Origin: Podarcis vaucheri
Lineage: Eukaryota
Strand: one strand, 5' to 3'
Assembly: GCA_965113315.1 (NCBI GenBank)
Contig: OZ220382.1
DNA: 64,000 nucleotides
The notes beneath the pieces were generated by a model. It was not told the DNA's origin, did not search any database, and worked only from the letters and a program-made list of their open reading frames with translations. Each line of letters opens with the position of its first letter. Position 1 is the first letter of the stretch. Positions 23,404 through 37,147 of the stretch are shown here, one piece after another. A program made the translations under genes and the position numbers.

Positions 23404-23856
23404 CTTATCATTCCACCCCTTCTGCAAACATATCCCGGGCAACTTAATATATTCAAAATCATACAAATGCATTTCAAAGAAGCAAGCCCTGCAACAAAAT
23501 GCTGCAGTGTGGGGTGCTTCTATTCAGGATTCCAATCATTCCATTCATTTAACCCTCCCACCTGTGATTTCTCCCTACTCCCCACAACATGGCAGCACTC
23601 AGCCAGCCTTCTGCACTGATAATACATGCTCGGTCCTCATTAGACTTTCGCGGAGTTTGTTTCATTTGCTGCATTATGTCTCCCCACCCTGCAAATTGTT
23701 TTGTTCTTCTCTTACCTTGGGCTTCCTGCAACCTTCAAGCATTCTGCTACTTCCCTCTGAAGCAGGGGTGAAGAAGCTTTTTGGATCCATGAACCAGGTC
23801 CCTAGCAAGGCCACCCATCTGTCAGTCAAGTGACACTACAAATTCATGAATATATG

Positions 23857-24048
23857 CAGGGGTGCCAACTTGAATCAAATATTGTGTGTGTGGGGGAGAT
23901 AAACCCCACCCTGAATAATCGATCACATGACACAGTGCATGTACACCATTTGAATGGTAATGCCCACCAACTTTAGAGGGGTAGCCTCCTCAAATATTTT
24001 ATTGGAGGGGGCAAACACCCCCTCAGCCCCTAGGAGCTGGGTTCTATG
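23857..24048. mobile_element. Probable hAT-type MITE
   Basis: caggggtgccaact / agctgggttctatg imperfect TIRs; TSD only partly matching. Confidence 0.5.
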
Positions 24049-24186
24049 AATGTACTGTATGAGTTTGCTCAAATCCTAACACTTCACTGAATGTAGAGGT
24101 TGGGGGGGGGGTCCTGCCACCTCAACTCATAACATGGCACTTTGATGTCCTGAATCTACTTCTTCAAGGTTTTCATTTTCCTTTTA

Positions 24187-24388
24187 GCAAGAACTTCCTG
24201 ACAGTAAGAGCTGATCGACAGTGGAATTTGCTGCCAAGGAGTGTGGTGGAGTCTCCTACTTTGGAGGTATTTAAGCAGAGGCTTGACAACCATATGTCAG
24301 GAGTGCTCTGATGGTGTTTCCTGCTTGGCAGGGGGTTGGACTCAATGGCCCTTGTGATCTATTCCAACTCTATGATTCCATGATTCTA
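24187..24388 (+). mobile_element. CR1 LINE 3' end
   Basis: aagaacttcctgacagtaagagctg...ttccaactctatgattccatgattct, with the CR1 octamer tail. Confidence 0.85.
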
Positions 24389-24597
24389 GTGTGTTGCTGC
24401 CTGAGAGGGGTTCCAAAGCCCAAACAACCTTCAGGTGCACAAGAAAGTTCCCTTCAGAGACCTCTATTTCACACCCAAATCAAGCTGGAGTCGTCTCTCT
24501 TCACACCAGCTGGCACCAAAGAGTGTAGTGAGACATCAAAGAGAAAGGAGAAACTGTATCTCTTTGCAAGCACTGCTCTTTAGATTGTGGACAAATA

Positions 24598-24832
24598 CAG
24601 TGGTACCTCGAGTTACATATGCTTCAGGTTACATACGCTTCAGGTTACCGACTCCACTAACCCAGAAATAGTACCTCGGGTTAAGAACTTTGTTTCAGGA
24701 TGAGAACAGAAATCGTGCTCTGGCAGTGCAGCAGCAGCAGGAGGCCCCATTAGGCCCCATCAGGTTAAGAACAGTTACAGGTTAAGTACGGACCTCTGGA
24801 ATGAATTAAGTACTTTACCCGAGGTACTACTG
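24598..24832. mobile_element. Tigger-type MITE
   Basis: TIRs cagtggtacctcgagtta / tacccgaggtactactg, TA on both sides; same family as 32363-32588. Confidence 0.88.
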
Positions 24833-24834
24833 TA

Positions 24835-25093
24835 CAGTGAACGCTCGGGTTGTGAGCATGATCTGTGTGGGATGCACGTTAGCAACCTGCAGCGTTCGCA
24901 ACCCGCAGTGGCGCAGCTGCGCACCTGCGGGTTGCGATTCGGCGCTTCTGCACATGCACAAAGCACAATTTAGCGCTTCTGTGCATGCATGACCACTGAA
25001 ACCCGGAAGTAACCTGTTCCGGTACTTCCAGGTTTTGGCGTTCCGTAACCCAAAAAACGCAACCTGAAGCTTCTGTAACCCGAGGTATGACTG
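24835..25093. mobile_element. Second Tigger-type MITE abutting the first
   Basis: cagtgaacgctcgggttg / taacccgaggtatgactg with flanking TA. Confidence 0.82.
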
Positions 25094-26538
25094 TAATTAA
25101 ATAGAGGAGCATCTGCTTTGTATGCAGAAGGTCCCAGATTCTGAGACAAAGCAGCAAAAGGACCCTTGTCTGAAATGCTGGATAGTTGCTCCCAATCGGT
25201 GTGCACAATTCTGAGCTAGAGGGCTAGTTAGTCTGGGCATCTTCCTGTGTCCCTAGTTTGAATTACATATTCCCTGTAGGACATTTTTTTTCTATGATCC
25301 GAACACTGTTTAGCAGTAGAGTGGCCAAGTGTCCTACTTTACAGAGGGCAGCCCTCTATAGGAAAGGCTGTCATAAGGCAATCCAGCTAAAGGATTTTCT
25401 GGTCCAAGTCTGGGCTCAAAGATAAAGAATCGCAGGGGGGGGGAGGGAAGAAAAGGGGTCCAGAGGTTGCCCATCAACACTTTGCACCTGACCACCCATT
25501 TGAGCAGGACCACCAATCACCTGCTCACAGTCTTTCCCATGATGGTGAGATGCATTGCTTTTCTATCACAGCAGTTGTGTCTAACTCTGCATCAGTACAT
25601 AGAACACCATATGCAAATTTTATGCAAATCTGCTCTCCCTCCCTCCCTTTGACAATATGGAAATGGCTACCCTGTGCAGGAGGTTGGTTGAAACTAAAGC
25701 TACCTAAAGTTTTTGCACTAGTTTTTTGGGAGGGGCTATGTCCCAGCCTGGGATACTTTGCCGCTGTAGGCAAGATGCCCTCGCTGATGCTGATGCCCCC
25801 TGAAGATCCAGGCTCCTTCTTGTTCCTACCATCATATCCCTGCTGGCTCCAGGCCCACTACCACAACAACTGCACCCTTGCCCATGGCTGAACCATAACA
25901 TAGTAGCAGTGGTGAGGGTCCAGAATTAGCAGTGAGGGCAAGAGTGCTGTGGTGGCAGTAGTAGTGGCAGTGACATGGGCAAAGCAGTTGCAGGGCTGTC
26001 AGCAGTGCAGCAGGCTGTTAGTGCTGCAATGGTAGGGGTGGGGCAGTGGTTAGATCTGCCACCTGAGGCAAATTGCTTCACCTCATCCCTTTGAAGCACC
26101 AGCTTTGTACTCGTTTTGTACATCTTAACTCTTTGCTTCCTTCCAATTTATAGCTGCCATTCTTGCTGCTGTTAATAAGTAACCAATTAAATGTTTATAT
26201 AATAACCATTCGTTGTCTCCACTGAACATACCAAACTCTTTTCTGAATATACTCAACTTTGAGTGACAAGAGGGCAAAAACCTCCATGAGTCCTTTATGG
26301 GGAATTAGTGACCATTCATTCAGCACATAATCAAGAATCTACAGGACTGGCTGTACCTGCCACATTCCATAATATGTGTTTATGCTAACATTTTCCTTCA
26401 TTTTGAGACCAGCAACTTCTAGAATGTCCAGTGATTGTATGAATTTCGCTATTATTGTTTAGAACCAAGCTATCCCTTCAGGGTGGGAGGGAGAGTGGAA
26501 TGCTCAGTTTGTAATCTTTTTCTTTTCCATAATATTAT

Positions 26539-26540
<2 letters not shown>

Positions 26541-26623
<83 letters not shown>

Positions 26624-26624
26624 G
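26541..26624. repeat. (AG)n(AAAG)n microsatellite
   Basis: Direct reading. Confidence 0.95.
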
Positions 26625-27821
26625 AAACTAAGGCCATCTGCAGACATTCCTTCAGAGAAAAGCAACTGTGAATTTTTCTGCTGCAAACTCACATGCATCT
26701 TAGCTCCCCAAAGGGAGCATTCTCTTATTATCTTTGAGGCAAGTTGTCCAGTTTGTGTGTTTTCTTCTTCCAACACTTGCAGTTTATTTATTTTGCACTT
26801 CTTTAAAACTTTTGCATCTTCACACTTTTTAAAACCTAGTCCCAGAAGAGCTGGATGTGACCCCCTTGTGACAAACAGAACGGTCAACCAATCAGTATGG
26901 CGCTTCAAAGAGTGGGATGGTTTGGTGACTGATGCAAGAGCTGTCCAATCAACACTGAGCAAATCTAGCTTCTGCTGAAAAATTAGAGCAACATTCCTCT
27001 GAGCATGATCCAGGGACAAAAATGGTTTGTGTGCACCAAAAATGCAGTGAGTGAGCTTTCACAGCAGCCTCACCACTAAAATTATGTACCTCAGTATTAG
27101 GGATGAGCAGTTTTGTCAGTTTGTTTCTCTTGGTTTCTTTTTGTCCTCCAGATTTCCACATCACTTTCTGAATCTTGTTTAAAGTCGTTACGAACATTCA
27201 TCAACATTTTAATACAGATTTCTTCTCATTTACACATTATTATTTTTTTGCAATTTGCCTAATACAGACATTTTTGCAAAGCCATTTCCCCCAATGTAAT
27301 TCATTTTGATACACAATATTTGGCTGGAGAACTTCATTGAAAAATTTGAACAAGTGCAAGTTTCAAAAGGGTGTGGCAGTGTTTTGGTTCATGTATTATT
27401 TTGGAATGCTTTCAGTTGGTAGGTTTGCTTTTAGATACTAACTGAATTGAATTTGTCCCCCGTCTCTGATCTGTGTGCAGCCTGACAGTTTTTTCTGCAT
27501 TCTTATAGGGCTGCATTGACCACACAGAGCAAGAGAGTAATGGAAATACTTGAAGGGTATTTCACATAACCATTGCTAGGTTCATGCATTTTCTATTCAT
27601 TATTCAAGGTCAAAACATTTCCAGGATGAATCCTTCTACACCTGACTTTACCACTAGAGAAAGGACCAATGCATGCTACGTGAAATGTACTATTCCATAT
27701 AACATGCCTGTTTCATAAAATAGCAGCTGTGGAGGGTAGGGAATCAGTTCCATGACCATAGCCTGTGGAGTGGGGGTTGACCATTCCACCAATGGAAATC
27801 ATTTTGCTCAAGCAGCCTCTT

Positions 27822-28413
27822 TGTGCTGCTCCCAGGGGGAGGTTACTGTGGGGCGATGTCCAGGACCTGAGTCAAGGGTCGGCAGACAGTCCTCCATGGG
27901 CGAAGCAGGGTCCAGGGTGAGGAGCAGGGCAAGGACAGGAACTCTCAAGGAACAGGACAGGGTGCTGGCCGAAACAGCTCTTCAATGACGTTGCTCCCGC
28001 AACCTGGGACTGGGCTGACTTGCCTTTATCTTCTCTGAGGCCAGGGGCGGTCCCGGCCCCCAGGAGACCCACCTCTCCTAGCCTTAAGGCGAGCACTCCT
28101 CCTGGGAGAAACCAGCTCCCTCCGCCTCTCTGCCCTGAGCAGCTCAGGAGAGTCTGGAGGGTTACTGGACCCAGAGGCAACCTCACCTTCCCCTGACAGG
28201 GCTGGGAGAGGCGCACCTGTAGGCATTCTGTCTTCAATCACCTCCGGAGCCAGAGAGGATTCACCTGGTGCCTGCTCCTGAGGATCCAGCACAGGTGCAG
28301 GTGCTTCAGATCCAAGGCCCTGCCCCAGTTCAGCCGGCCCTGGAGGCGGGGACTCCTGTGCAGGCTGGGGTTCCTCCGGTTCAACCACTGAATCGGATTC
28401 CCAGGCCATCACA
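27822..28413 (-). mobile_element. Solo LTR (~590 bp) of an LTR retrotransposon (Gypsy-like or ERV)
   Basis: TGT...ACA termini, perfect 5-bp TSD CTCTT at 27817-27821 and 28414-28418, GC-rich versus flanks, TATA-like GATAAAGG on minus near 28025. Confidence 0.85.
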
Positions 28414-28649
28414 CTCTTGCTGCTATCGTAGTTCCCCTCTTAAGCAAATATTTCATTTATTACACTTCTTTAGGCAATTCATAAACCACTTAATAGAAGA
28501 ACTTTCAAAGCAGCATACAAATAACATTGCGGATCAGGCACAGCTAGAAATCTGCAAAGCAGTTAAAAAGCAAATATACACAAAACCATAATTCATTAAA
28601 ACATAGAAAAACAGTAGAAACAGTAACACTTTTTAAACAAGTATATGTA

Positions 28650-28992
28650 CAGTGGTGCCTCGCAAGACGAAAAGAATCCGTTTGGTGATTCTCTTCGTCT
28701 AGCGGTTTTTTCGTCTTGCGAAGCAAGCCCATTGACAGATTAGCGGATTAGCACTATTAGCGCTATTAGCGGCTTTTAGCGGCTTATCTGCTGATCGGAT
28801 CAGCTGATAAGCAGCTTAGCGGCTTAGAAAAAGGGGGGGAGGGAAAAAAAACAGCAGGAACTCACAAGACATTGTCGTCTTGTGAAGCAAGCCCATAGGG
28901 AATTCGTTTTGCGAAGCACCTCCAAAACGGAAAACTCTTTCGTCTAGCGAGTTTTCCGTCTTGCGAGGCATTCGTCTTGCAGGGCATCACTG
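28650..28992. mobile_element. Tigger-type MITE
   Basis: cagtggtgcctcgcaagacga / tcgtcttgcagggcatcactg, TA TSD, internal TTAGCGG-like repeats. Confidence 0.88.
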
Positions 28993-31408
28993 TAATTAAG
29001 TTCTGTGGCTGGATAGTGCTGTCACACTAAAGGATCAACTTTTTGTAAATGTGGAAGAAACATTATGTAGCACTTGTAAAAGTAGAAGCCGAAAAATACC
29101 GACAAGATGCTAAATGAGCATTACACATTTTATCAGCTGTAATATTTTTTTTTTAAAAAAAGCTTTACCAAAAAACCAAATCTGTGAGCCAAGGCCAATG
29201 AAATATGCAATTATTAACAATGGTGTGTGGCTTCACAACAATAAGATGCAAAAATTGTGTGCAATTGCACTTCAATGTATTCTAAAATATCTGACTGTGC
29301 ATACTAAATTTAACTACTCTGCAGCAATGAAATAAAAAGATATTTCCAAAACAAAGGTGTCCTGCTCAGTGATAATTGTGCTAAGCAGATGTTCTCTGGG
29401 GGTGGGAAACAAAGTTCCATGGATTGAAAACTGCAAGTTCTGGGAATTGAAAACTGCAAGTTCCATGGATCAAAGCAGTTAGATAACTATGTGTGGGACC
29501 TGGCGATCTCCTCAGTAAAGTGGTCCCAAGCCTATAGTAGCTTGGAGAATGAGGTTCAGGAGATTTTCATCAGGACAACATGCACGGGGAGGGAGGGTTA
29601 GCCACCACCACACCCTGCTCCATGGCCCTAACCCTTCTATTTTAATTGCTATTTGTAAAAAGGATAAACAAAACCATACACAAGGAAAACAGGAAGCATC
29701 TGGTGTAAATGAAGAAATAGAAGAGTTAGTCCCAAATATGCAGAAGGACATGGGTAGACCTTGCAGAATACAGAGTCACCTTATTTCTTGGGCCCTACAG
29801 TGAGGTAATCTCTGGACTGAGTTGTCTTATTCCCCCCCCCTCCACACACACCTTTTAAATTGCAAGGTGTATTATTTCAGTTTCTTTATAATATGGTTTG
29901 CCCTCTTCTACATTCATTCTGCCAAGTGGGACTCTGGACATCTGCCCTAAAGCCCAGCCGTGATGTTACCACCACTTGAGCCAACCCTAGATGCTCCTTT
30001 GTACATACTTATTTGCAAAGCCCTCTCAATCAGAAAGGTCTTTAAGTGTTGTACATAATAAAATTATCATTAAAACGCAGCTGAAACCTACAAAACTGTT
30101 GAAAACCCAAGCATACATAAAGTAAAGGTCTATAAAACGCAGGGGAAATCAGCAACACTTTTAAATAACACATAACTGAATCACATTTAATTTTAATTCT
30201 CCTCTCTCTTTTCATCCCACTTGTTCACTATAGGTCTTTCTGATGTCTTCACCACTCCAACTTAAATGGAGTTGTTTGTGGGAATCATGAGAGAAAGTCA
30301 GAGAGAGTCCATCTGCAGCCTGAAAATACATCAGACCTATTATGGATTGGTTGCCTGTGGTCTTTTTTGGTGGATTGGCAGAAGAATGAAAAAAGAAAAT
30401 ACTCTTGTTTTGGAAACTGGGCATTGCTTCCCTAATGATGCATGTAAGATAGGCATGTTTTCAAATCAGGCTCTAGTTGAGTCTATGTTGGTAGCTACAT
30501 TGATATCTATCCTAGCCCTGTGTTGTTATCAAAGTTTTGGGTTGAAACTCCACCTTTCATTGATTCAGAATTTCTTCCTGGTATCCATGAAACTCTACAT
30601 CCTCTTTTTACCAAACATGAATCTGCCCTGTGTGTTATAACCCTTGCTGAAAGCATTTTACTGTGAGGTAAACTACTATGTATTGTTTATTGAGTCTGTT
30701 CCCCCCCCCCGCCACCCGCATGTCCTCTTGAGCACGGGGAGTTTTTAATCAAGTTTTGTAGTCCCACACTGCTGTTTTAAAATCAATTGCTTTATGTTCC
30801 AAAATGGATTTACTCCTAGATGGAAAGGTCCTTGGAGACTCCCTGGTAGCTCTGAGAAACTCTCCTTTATGCCGTTTTCAAAGCTTCTGTTTCTGATCCT
30901 CAAGCGAGGAAGCATCAGGCTGAGTTCCAACATAACATCTTCCATTGGCTCATTCCCACACACCCAAACTCTGCTTCTGCAGGAACATCCCCAAATAAAT
31001 CAAAGACAATATATGGGCTTCCTGGAACCTGTTGGATGTAGTGCACGGACATGAAAGTGAAGTCTAGACCCGGAAGATGGAGCTGAAGTCCCAGCTGAGC
31101 CCACAAGGCAAATTAGTGGCTCTGATCCAGCTGCTACAGTCACAGGCAACTACTCATGCACAACAGTCAATGGCTGCTATGTGCATAACATCCTATTGGC
31201 TTGAAAGAATGCATTTAGAGGGGGGGTGAGATGTCATACATTAAAGAGGACACCCCTCTCTTTGAATGCCTTTCTGGTCCAAGTCTAAAAATAAAGAACT
31301 ATAAAAGGGGCAGAGCAAACAAGGGCCTTGAAAATGCCCATCAGCAGTGAGCAGCTGGCCAGCAAACTGAGCAGGCGCACACAGGATTACTGTTTTATTC
31401 TTATATGA

Positions 31409-31449
<41 letters not shown>

Positions 31450-32362
31450 AATTTGTATATTGCCCTTCACCTGTAGATCTCATGGTGATTCACAACATAA
31501 AAATGACACCTGGTCACAGTCTTTCCTGCTATGGTGGGGTGCAATGTATTTCTATTTAAAAAATAGTAATTTTTTCTGAATTTACATCTATGCATATAAA
31601 TTGACACATGCAGATTTCATGCTTTGTATGTCTCCTTCTGTCCTCTCGTTTGGTGATACAGTTCCTCTTTCTGGCTTTATGCATAAGAGGCCACCCTAGA
31701 CACAGCTAGTCGGTTCAACTGTAATGTGTCTTGACATGGGCAATGTACTTTAGAGGCTAGTTACACATATCTCTCTTGCTGGATCAAATCTTTATGATCA
31801 AAGTGCTAATTATTCTGGTGGTACTCAGTACCGGCACCCTTTCTCCCCCATCCTCTTGCAATCTATTGGGATGGTGGTCAAATTTTGTTGGGGAGTAGCA
31901 AACAGAGAGAGAGGGAAGAAAAACGGACTCCTCCTCATCATCCCCCTTCTCTAAGAAGTACACTCATGCATCCCAGTGGTGTTCGGGAGAAGTCTGGAGA
32001 AGTTTGAGAGAGGAGACATGTAATTCTGGAAGGAGGGCAGGACGGATGCTAGTTTGGGGGCAGTTAGAGAGCCAGGAGGGTGGGGAAAAGGATGAGAAGG
32101 AGGGGATTGGAGTCTCAATTATAAAGCATGGGCTCCTTGAAGAAAAGGGTGGGATATAAATGCAATAAGTAAACTATTCTGCTTACCTGCTTAAGAAAGC
32201 TGGAGGGGCCAGCCAAATGGAGATGTCAGTCAACAAACCTGGCAGCCTGGCAACCAGAGATCTCCACATGGTCACAATTTCGGGTTGCCATATGTCCTCT
32301 TTTTCCTGGACACACCCTCTTTTTCAGACTCAAAAATTCTCTCTGAATGGATTTTCAATATA

Positions 32363-32588
32363 CAGTGGTACCTCAATATACAGTGGTTACATACGCTTCA
32401 GGTTACAGACTCCGCTAACCCAGAAATAGTACCTTGGGTTAAGAACTTTGCTTCAGGATGAGAACAGAAATTGCAGTGCGGTGGCAGCGGGAGGCCCCAT
32501 TAGCTAAAGTGATGCTTCAGGTTAAGAACAGTTTCAGTTGAGAACAGACCTCAGGAACGAATTAAGTTCTTAACCTGAGGTACCACTG
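32363..32588. mobile_element. Tigger-type MITE
   Basis: cagtggtacctca / tgaggtaccactg, TA TSD. Confidence 0.88.
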
Positions 32589-33140
32589 TATAGCAAAACG
32601 TCTGGGTTTATGCAAATACACATACCACAAAGCTTCCAGAATATAAAGTCATGCTGCTCTGCAGCTTTCCTCTTCTACTCTACTCCAGCTCCTTTCACAT
32701 GACTGGAGCTGGCCAATAGTGGGTTGTCACATGATTTGGTCACCGTGTTGTTCTTCTCCCCTGTCACGTGATCCGTAGAGCCTGTGGCTGCGAGCCATAG
32801 AGGAATATGCCCAGGAGCCATGGTAACTTGGAGTGGGGTATGCCTGGGGCTTTGCCACCCTTGCCCTGTGGCTAACCAGCTCAGCGGGTGGAGGGAAGCA
32901 AGGTTGATCCAAGGCCCCTTTTCCCGACCTCAAGAGCAGCAGTGGCAGGTGGGGGAACCGTTCTGTTTGTTCACTGACTGGTGGGTAGTTACTTTTGGCT
33001 AAAGCAGCCCAGTCAGAGTGGCTCACTCTGCACTTTATGTGGCTTTCATAACAGTAGCAAATACATGAAGCAGGAATGAAAAACACCCACCTTTATATGC
33101 TCAGGTAGGCATACATGTATGTAACACCAATGCACTTATA

Positions 33141-33491
33141 AAAGGTAAAGGGACCCCTGAACATTAGGTCCAGTCGCAGACGACTCTGGGATTGTGGCGC
33201 TCATCTCGCTTTATTGGCTGAGAGAGCCAGCGTACAGCTTCCGGGTCATGTGGCCAGCATGACTAAGCCGCTTCGGGCGAACCAGAACAGTGCAGGTAAA
33301 TGCCGTTTACCTTCCCACCGGAGTGGTACCTATTTATCTACTTGCACTTTGATGTGCTTTCGAACTGTTAGGTAGGCAGGAGCTGGGACCAAGCAACAGG
33401 AGCTCACCCCGTCGTGAGGATTTGAACTGCCAACCTTCTGATCAGCAAGCCCTAGGCTCTGTGGTTTAACCCACAATGCCACCCGCATCCC
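33141..33491 (-). mobile_element. Sauria SINE, full length
   Basis: TSD aatgcact(t/c)ata at 33129-33140 and 33492-33503. Confidence 0.93.
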
Positions 33492-33652
33492 AATGCACTC
33501 ATAGTGAATGCAATTACTGTTATAAGTGTGGAGCTGCTTTCAGTATCTGATGCAATTTGAAAACAACCAAACACTGTGAGTTGGCTGAATATTTATAATA
33601 TTTGCCTGTTCTGATCCTTATTGTTTTTTGGTTGGTGGGGTATATGTGTGGC

Positions 33653-33700
<48 letters not shown>

Positions 33701-34407
33701 TTAAACTGTTGTTATAAACTCTTCAAAATACTGCTCTTCAAAATATGGCAACTCTATCACAACTGGACCCCTGCCAGTCTCAATGTGTGCCTGGCACCTG
33801 AGGAATTTCAAACTCTGGATATAGGAGCAGGGGAGACTTGGGGTGGTACATGACTTGACATGTACCTGTTTACAAAACAGCTGAAACCAAGAGTAGAAAT
33901 AGTTTACATTGTCCTAAGTGGCCATTTTATGCACACTTTACCCTGGTATGTGAATTTTTGTACACATTACTTGGCTGGAGTGCCTTGCAAAATTCAGAGA
34001 AGTGCAAATTGCAGAGGATTTGAAAGGCTGCCTGTGTTTCAGTTAAGGCATTGTTTCAGAAAGTGAGATTTGATGGATTAATCCTTGAATGCAAACTAAA
34101 TTGAATTTCTCTCCATCTGTACTAGGCTGGGTTTGGGGTGGGCGGGAATATGGCCTTAGAATCCTCTACCTATTTGCCTCACTTTGTCTTATTGCAAAGT
34201 GTGGGACTGTGTGCCACCATGCTGATCACCTTTAAAAGAATAAGAAAGCCTGGACATTGGGCATTTTTGCACCAAACAGTCAAAACATCTAGCTGAGAAC
34301 GAACATTATTCCACCAGACAGAAGAAATGTCAGGCATAAAGCTTACTTCACATCTGAGGTCACCATTATGGTGAAGAGCCATTCAGTCCAGTTAAGGGAC
34401 ATAGTAT

Positions 34408-34802
34408 CAGGGGTGTCTTACCCACAGAGGCTAGTGGCGCGGGGTGCCAGGGCGCCAAGTTCTGGAGGGTGCCAGGGAAGAGGCAGAGGCTGGACGCGGC
34501 GCCTCCCGGCATCAGCTCACCGCACTCACCCGCCTCCACCTTGCCGCGCCGAAGCAGTGCCATGCCCAGAGCCTCCGTTTGCTATGGCCACCACGGCACC
34601 AGTGGCCAGCTGAGCCGGGAGGCACCACGTCCAGCCTCCACCTCTTCCCCGCCAGAGGAACCACCCTCCAGCCGCTGCCCGCCTCCTCCAGCCCCGCTGG
34701 CAGTGCTGTCCTCCCTTAAAAAAGGTGGACAACTCTGGGGAATTGGGGGGGGGCAGGAGGGAGCTTTGTACCAAGGCGCAAGATATGCTTAAGATGCCCC
34801 TG
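34408..34802. mobile_element. hAT-type MITE, GC-rich
   Basis: TIR caggggtgtctta / taagatgcccctg; 8-bp TSD catagtat / catagtgt. Confidence 0.82.
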
Positions 34803-36740
34803 CATAGTGTTGGGCTTTGGCGGGTGTTAGCCAGTCAAATGGGATTCAGAGGCCTGGCACTTTTCTGAAAGCAGTCAATCTATATTATATGCCACTGCAG
34901 AATTCAGGCTTCCATGACCTTGGAAACTTAATTTGCCTTTTTCCAGATCCATCCCTGATATGCATATTGGAGTTGCAAGCTGGTTAAAGAAATGTTGATT
35001 GATTCATCATATGGTATTTAACTGATTCACTGATTGCATTTGCAATTGATTTGCAAAAACAAAATTTCAGAGGACAAAAAAATACTGTAGTATTTGTTGT
35101 TATTATTACCCTTCCTTCACCAGCAGATTCAGGTTTTCTTTGTTTTCAGGTGCAGCACACCTAGGTGGCAAGAAGCTGCCTTCTGCTGAGCTAAACCATT
35201 GGTCCATCCAGCTCAGTATTGTCCAAACTGAACCCTCCCTGGAGGGATTGAACCTGGGACAATTTTCATGCAAATCAGGTGCTCTAGCGCTGAGCTGTGG
35301 TAGGTGTCATAATGGAAGAGGTATTCCTCCTGTGTCTGAGAGGAGACAAAACACCTCCTTTAAGGAGCAGTTTCCAATCTGCAGTTTGTTGAAGAATCTA
35401 GTTTTAAAGTAATTAAAAACAAATAAAGCATCCCCTAATTAATTGGGGAAGAGCACTTCTGTAGCCAGTATAACATTTACCTGTATTATTAATAAATTAA
35501 ATATTGCAGTGTGTGTGTGAAAAATATGTTCATTTGATATATACTGTATGTATAGATAGCATAATCTAGTAGAGGTATGGCAGGCATGTGACCCTCCTGA
35601 TGATGTTGGACCCCAACTTCCATCAGTCCCAGCTACCATAATCAGTGGCCAGGGTTTATGGGAACCAGAACCCAGCAGAACCAGGAGGGCCACAGATTCT
35701 GCCATTCCTAACACAATCAGGGTTGCCATATTTCAAAAAGTTGTTGAGCTATCCAGGCCTTGGGCCATTCACCAACTCTCAGGCAAACCTATTTTGTAGG
35801 GTTGCTATTCAGAATTAATTGAGGAGCTGGAGGGCCATATATGCCACATTGAGCTCCTTGGAGGAAAAAGGTGGGATATAAATGCAGTAAATAAATAAGA
35901 TAAAATCCTGGTTCACACTTACTTGCGGACCAGTTGTTGACCGTTCATCACATGGTTCTTCAACATTTGATTGTTTCCAAATGAATATGTGAACCACTTC
36001 CATTTCGAAATTAGGTGATATGGATGTTTCACCTGTGCTAATTCATCCATGATCTCGTTTACAAATACAAATTATTGATCGGCGCTATTACAATCAGTGT
36101 GCCATGAACATGTTTGCGCACACAAACAGCTGGCCCAATGAGAGTTACAATAATCTGTACTTAACATTAGGTGGCAGGAAAGATTTTTCTTTTGCTCAGA
36201 GATGCAGTGGCACAAAATAACTTTTATTTCTTTAAATGGATTTCCTTGTAGCTTCATTCTTCTAAAAAAAAAGTTCTTTGTTTACATCTGCCTTTTATTG
36301 TATACATTTTGTCTTTCAGCAATTGAGAGTGGGGAATGAAAACAGAAGAAATCCTTCAGTTGCACAGCAACAAAAATGACAGAATATCAAATTTACACTA
36401 AAAGGAATCGCTATTTGAAAACGACTTGGCTTTCAGCTTTAAAAACAAAGAAAGACACATAAACATCTATATTTCAATACTTTGTATGGGTATTTGATAA
36501 TAAAACCATAGATATAAAACAAATGCCCTTAAATGACACCATCTAGATGGTTTTAATATCACCTCCCATGTGTTCAGTTACAATATTTTAATTACACTGA
36601 TAGATTTTTGTGCAATTTAAACTCTCTCTCTCTCATGCTTAAAGAAGGAATGTGAGGTTAGGGACTGAATTTCCCTCCTCTTTTGGGAAGGAATAGTACT
36701 CTTTAAAAAAAAATAGCACTAATTCTGCATTATAAAATTT

Positions 36741-37006
36741 CTTGATACAAAAAACAACAATAATCCCAAAACACAATTTATCAAGCCTGTTCTTAAAGGA
36801 AATCTTCTGTATGTCTTCCTTGCTCATTCACTCTGCCTATTCTTTCTGAATTAATTTTTAAAGTGCATGAATGAGTAGTCTGTTTTAGGGTTTTGTTTGT
36901 TGCTTCCTAGCCTCCACCACCACCCCACGCCCCACACAACACTTATGGCTCAAATCAGGGGACTAAGCAGCCTTGAGAAAGTCCACAGAAAACCTTGTCT
37001 CCCCAT
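36741..37006 (+). repeat. ~270-bp direct duplicate of 39381-39656
   Basis: Identical apart from 3 substitutions and a 10-bp indel; ends exactly at the N gap. Confidence 0.95.
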
Positions 37007-37147
37007 NNNNNNNNNNNNNNNNNNNNNNNNNNNNNNNNNNNNNNNNNNNNNNNNNNNNNNNNNNNNNNNNNNNNNNNNNNNNNNNNNNNNNNNNNNNNNN
37101 NNNNNNNNNNNNNNNNNNNNNNNNNNNNNNNNNNNNNNNNNNNNNNN
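37007..37147. other. Assembly gap (141 N)
   Basis: Run of n. Confidence 1.

Noticed and set aside
34368-34792. GC-rich patch with overlapping ORFs resembling a CpG-island exon
   Set aside because: Bounded by TIRs and an 8-bp TSD, so it is a hAT-type MITE.
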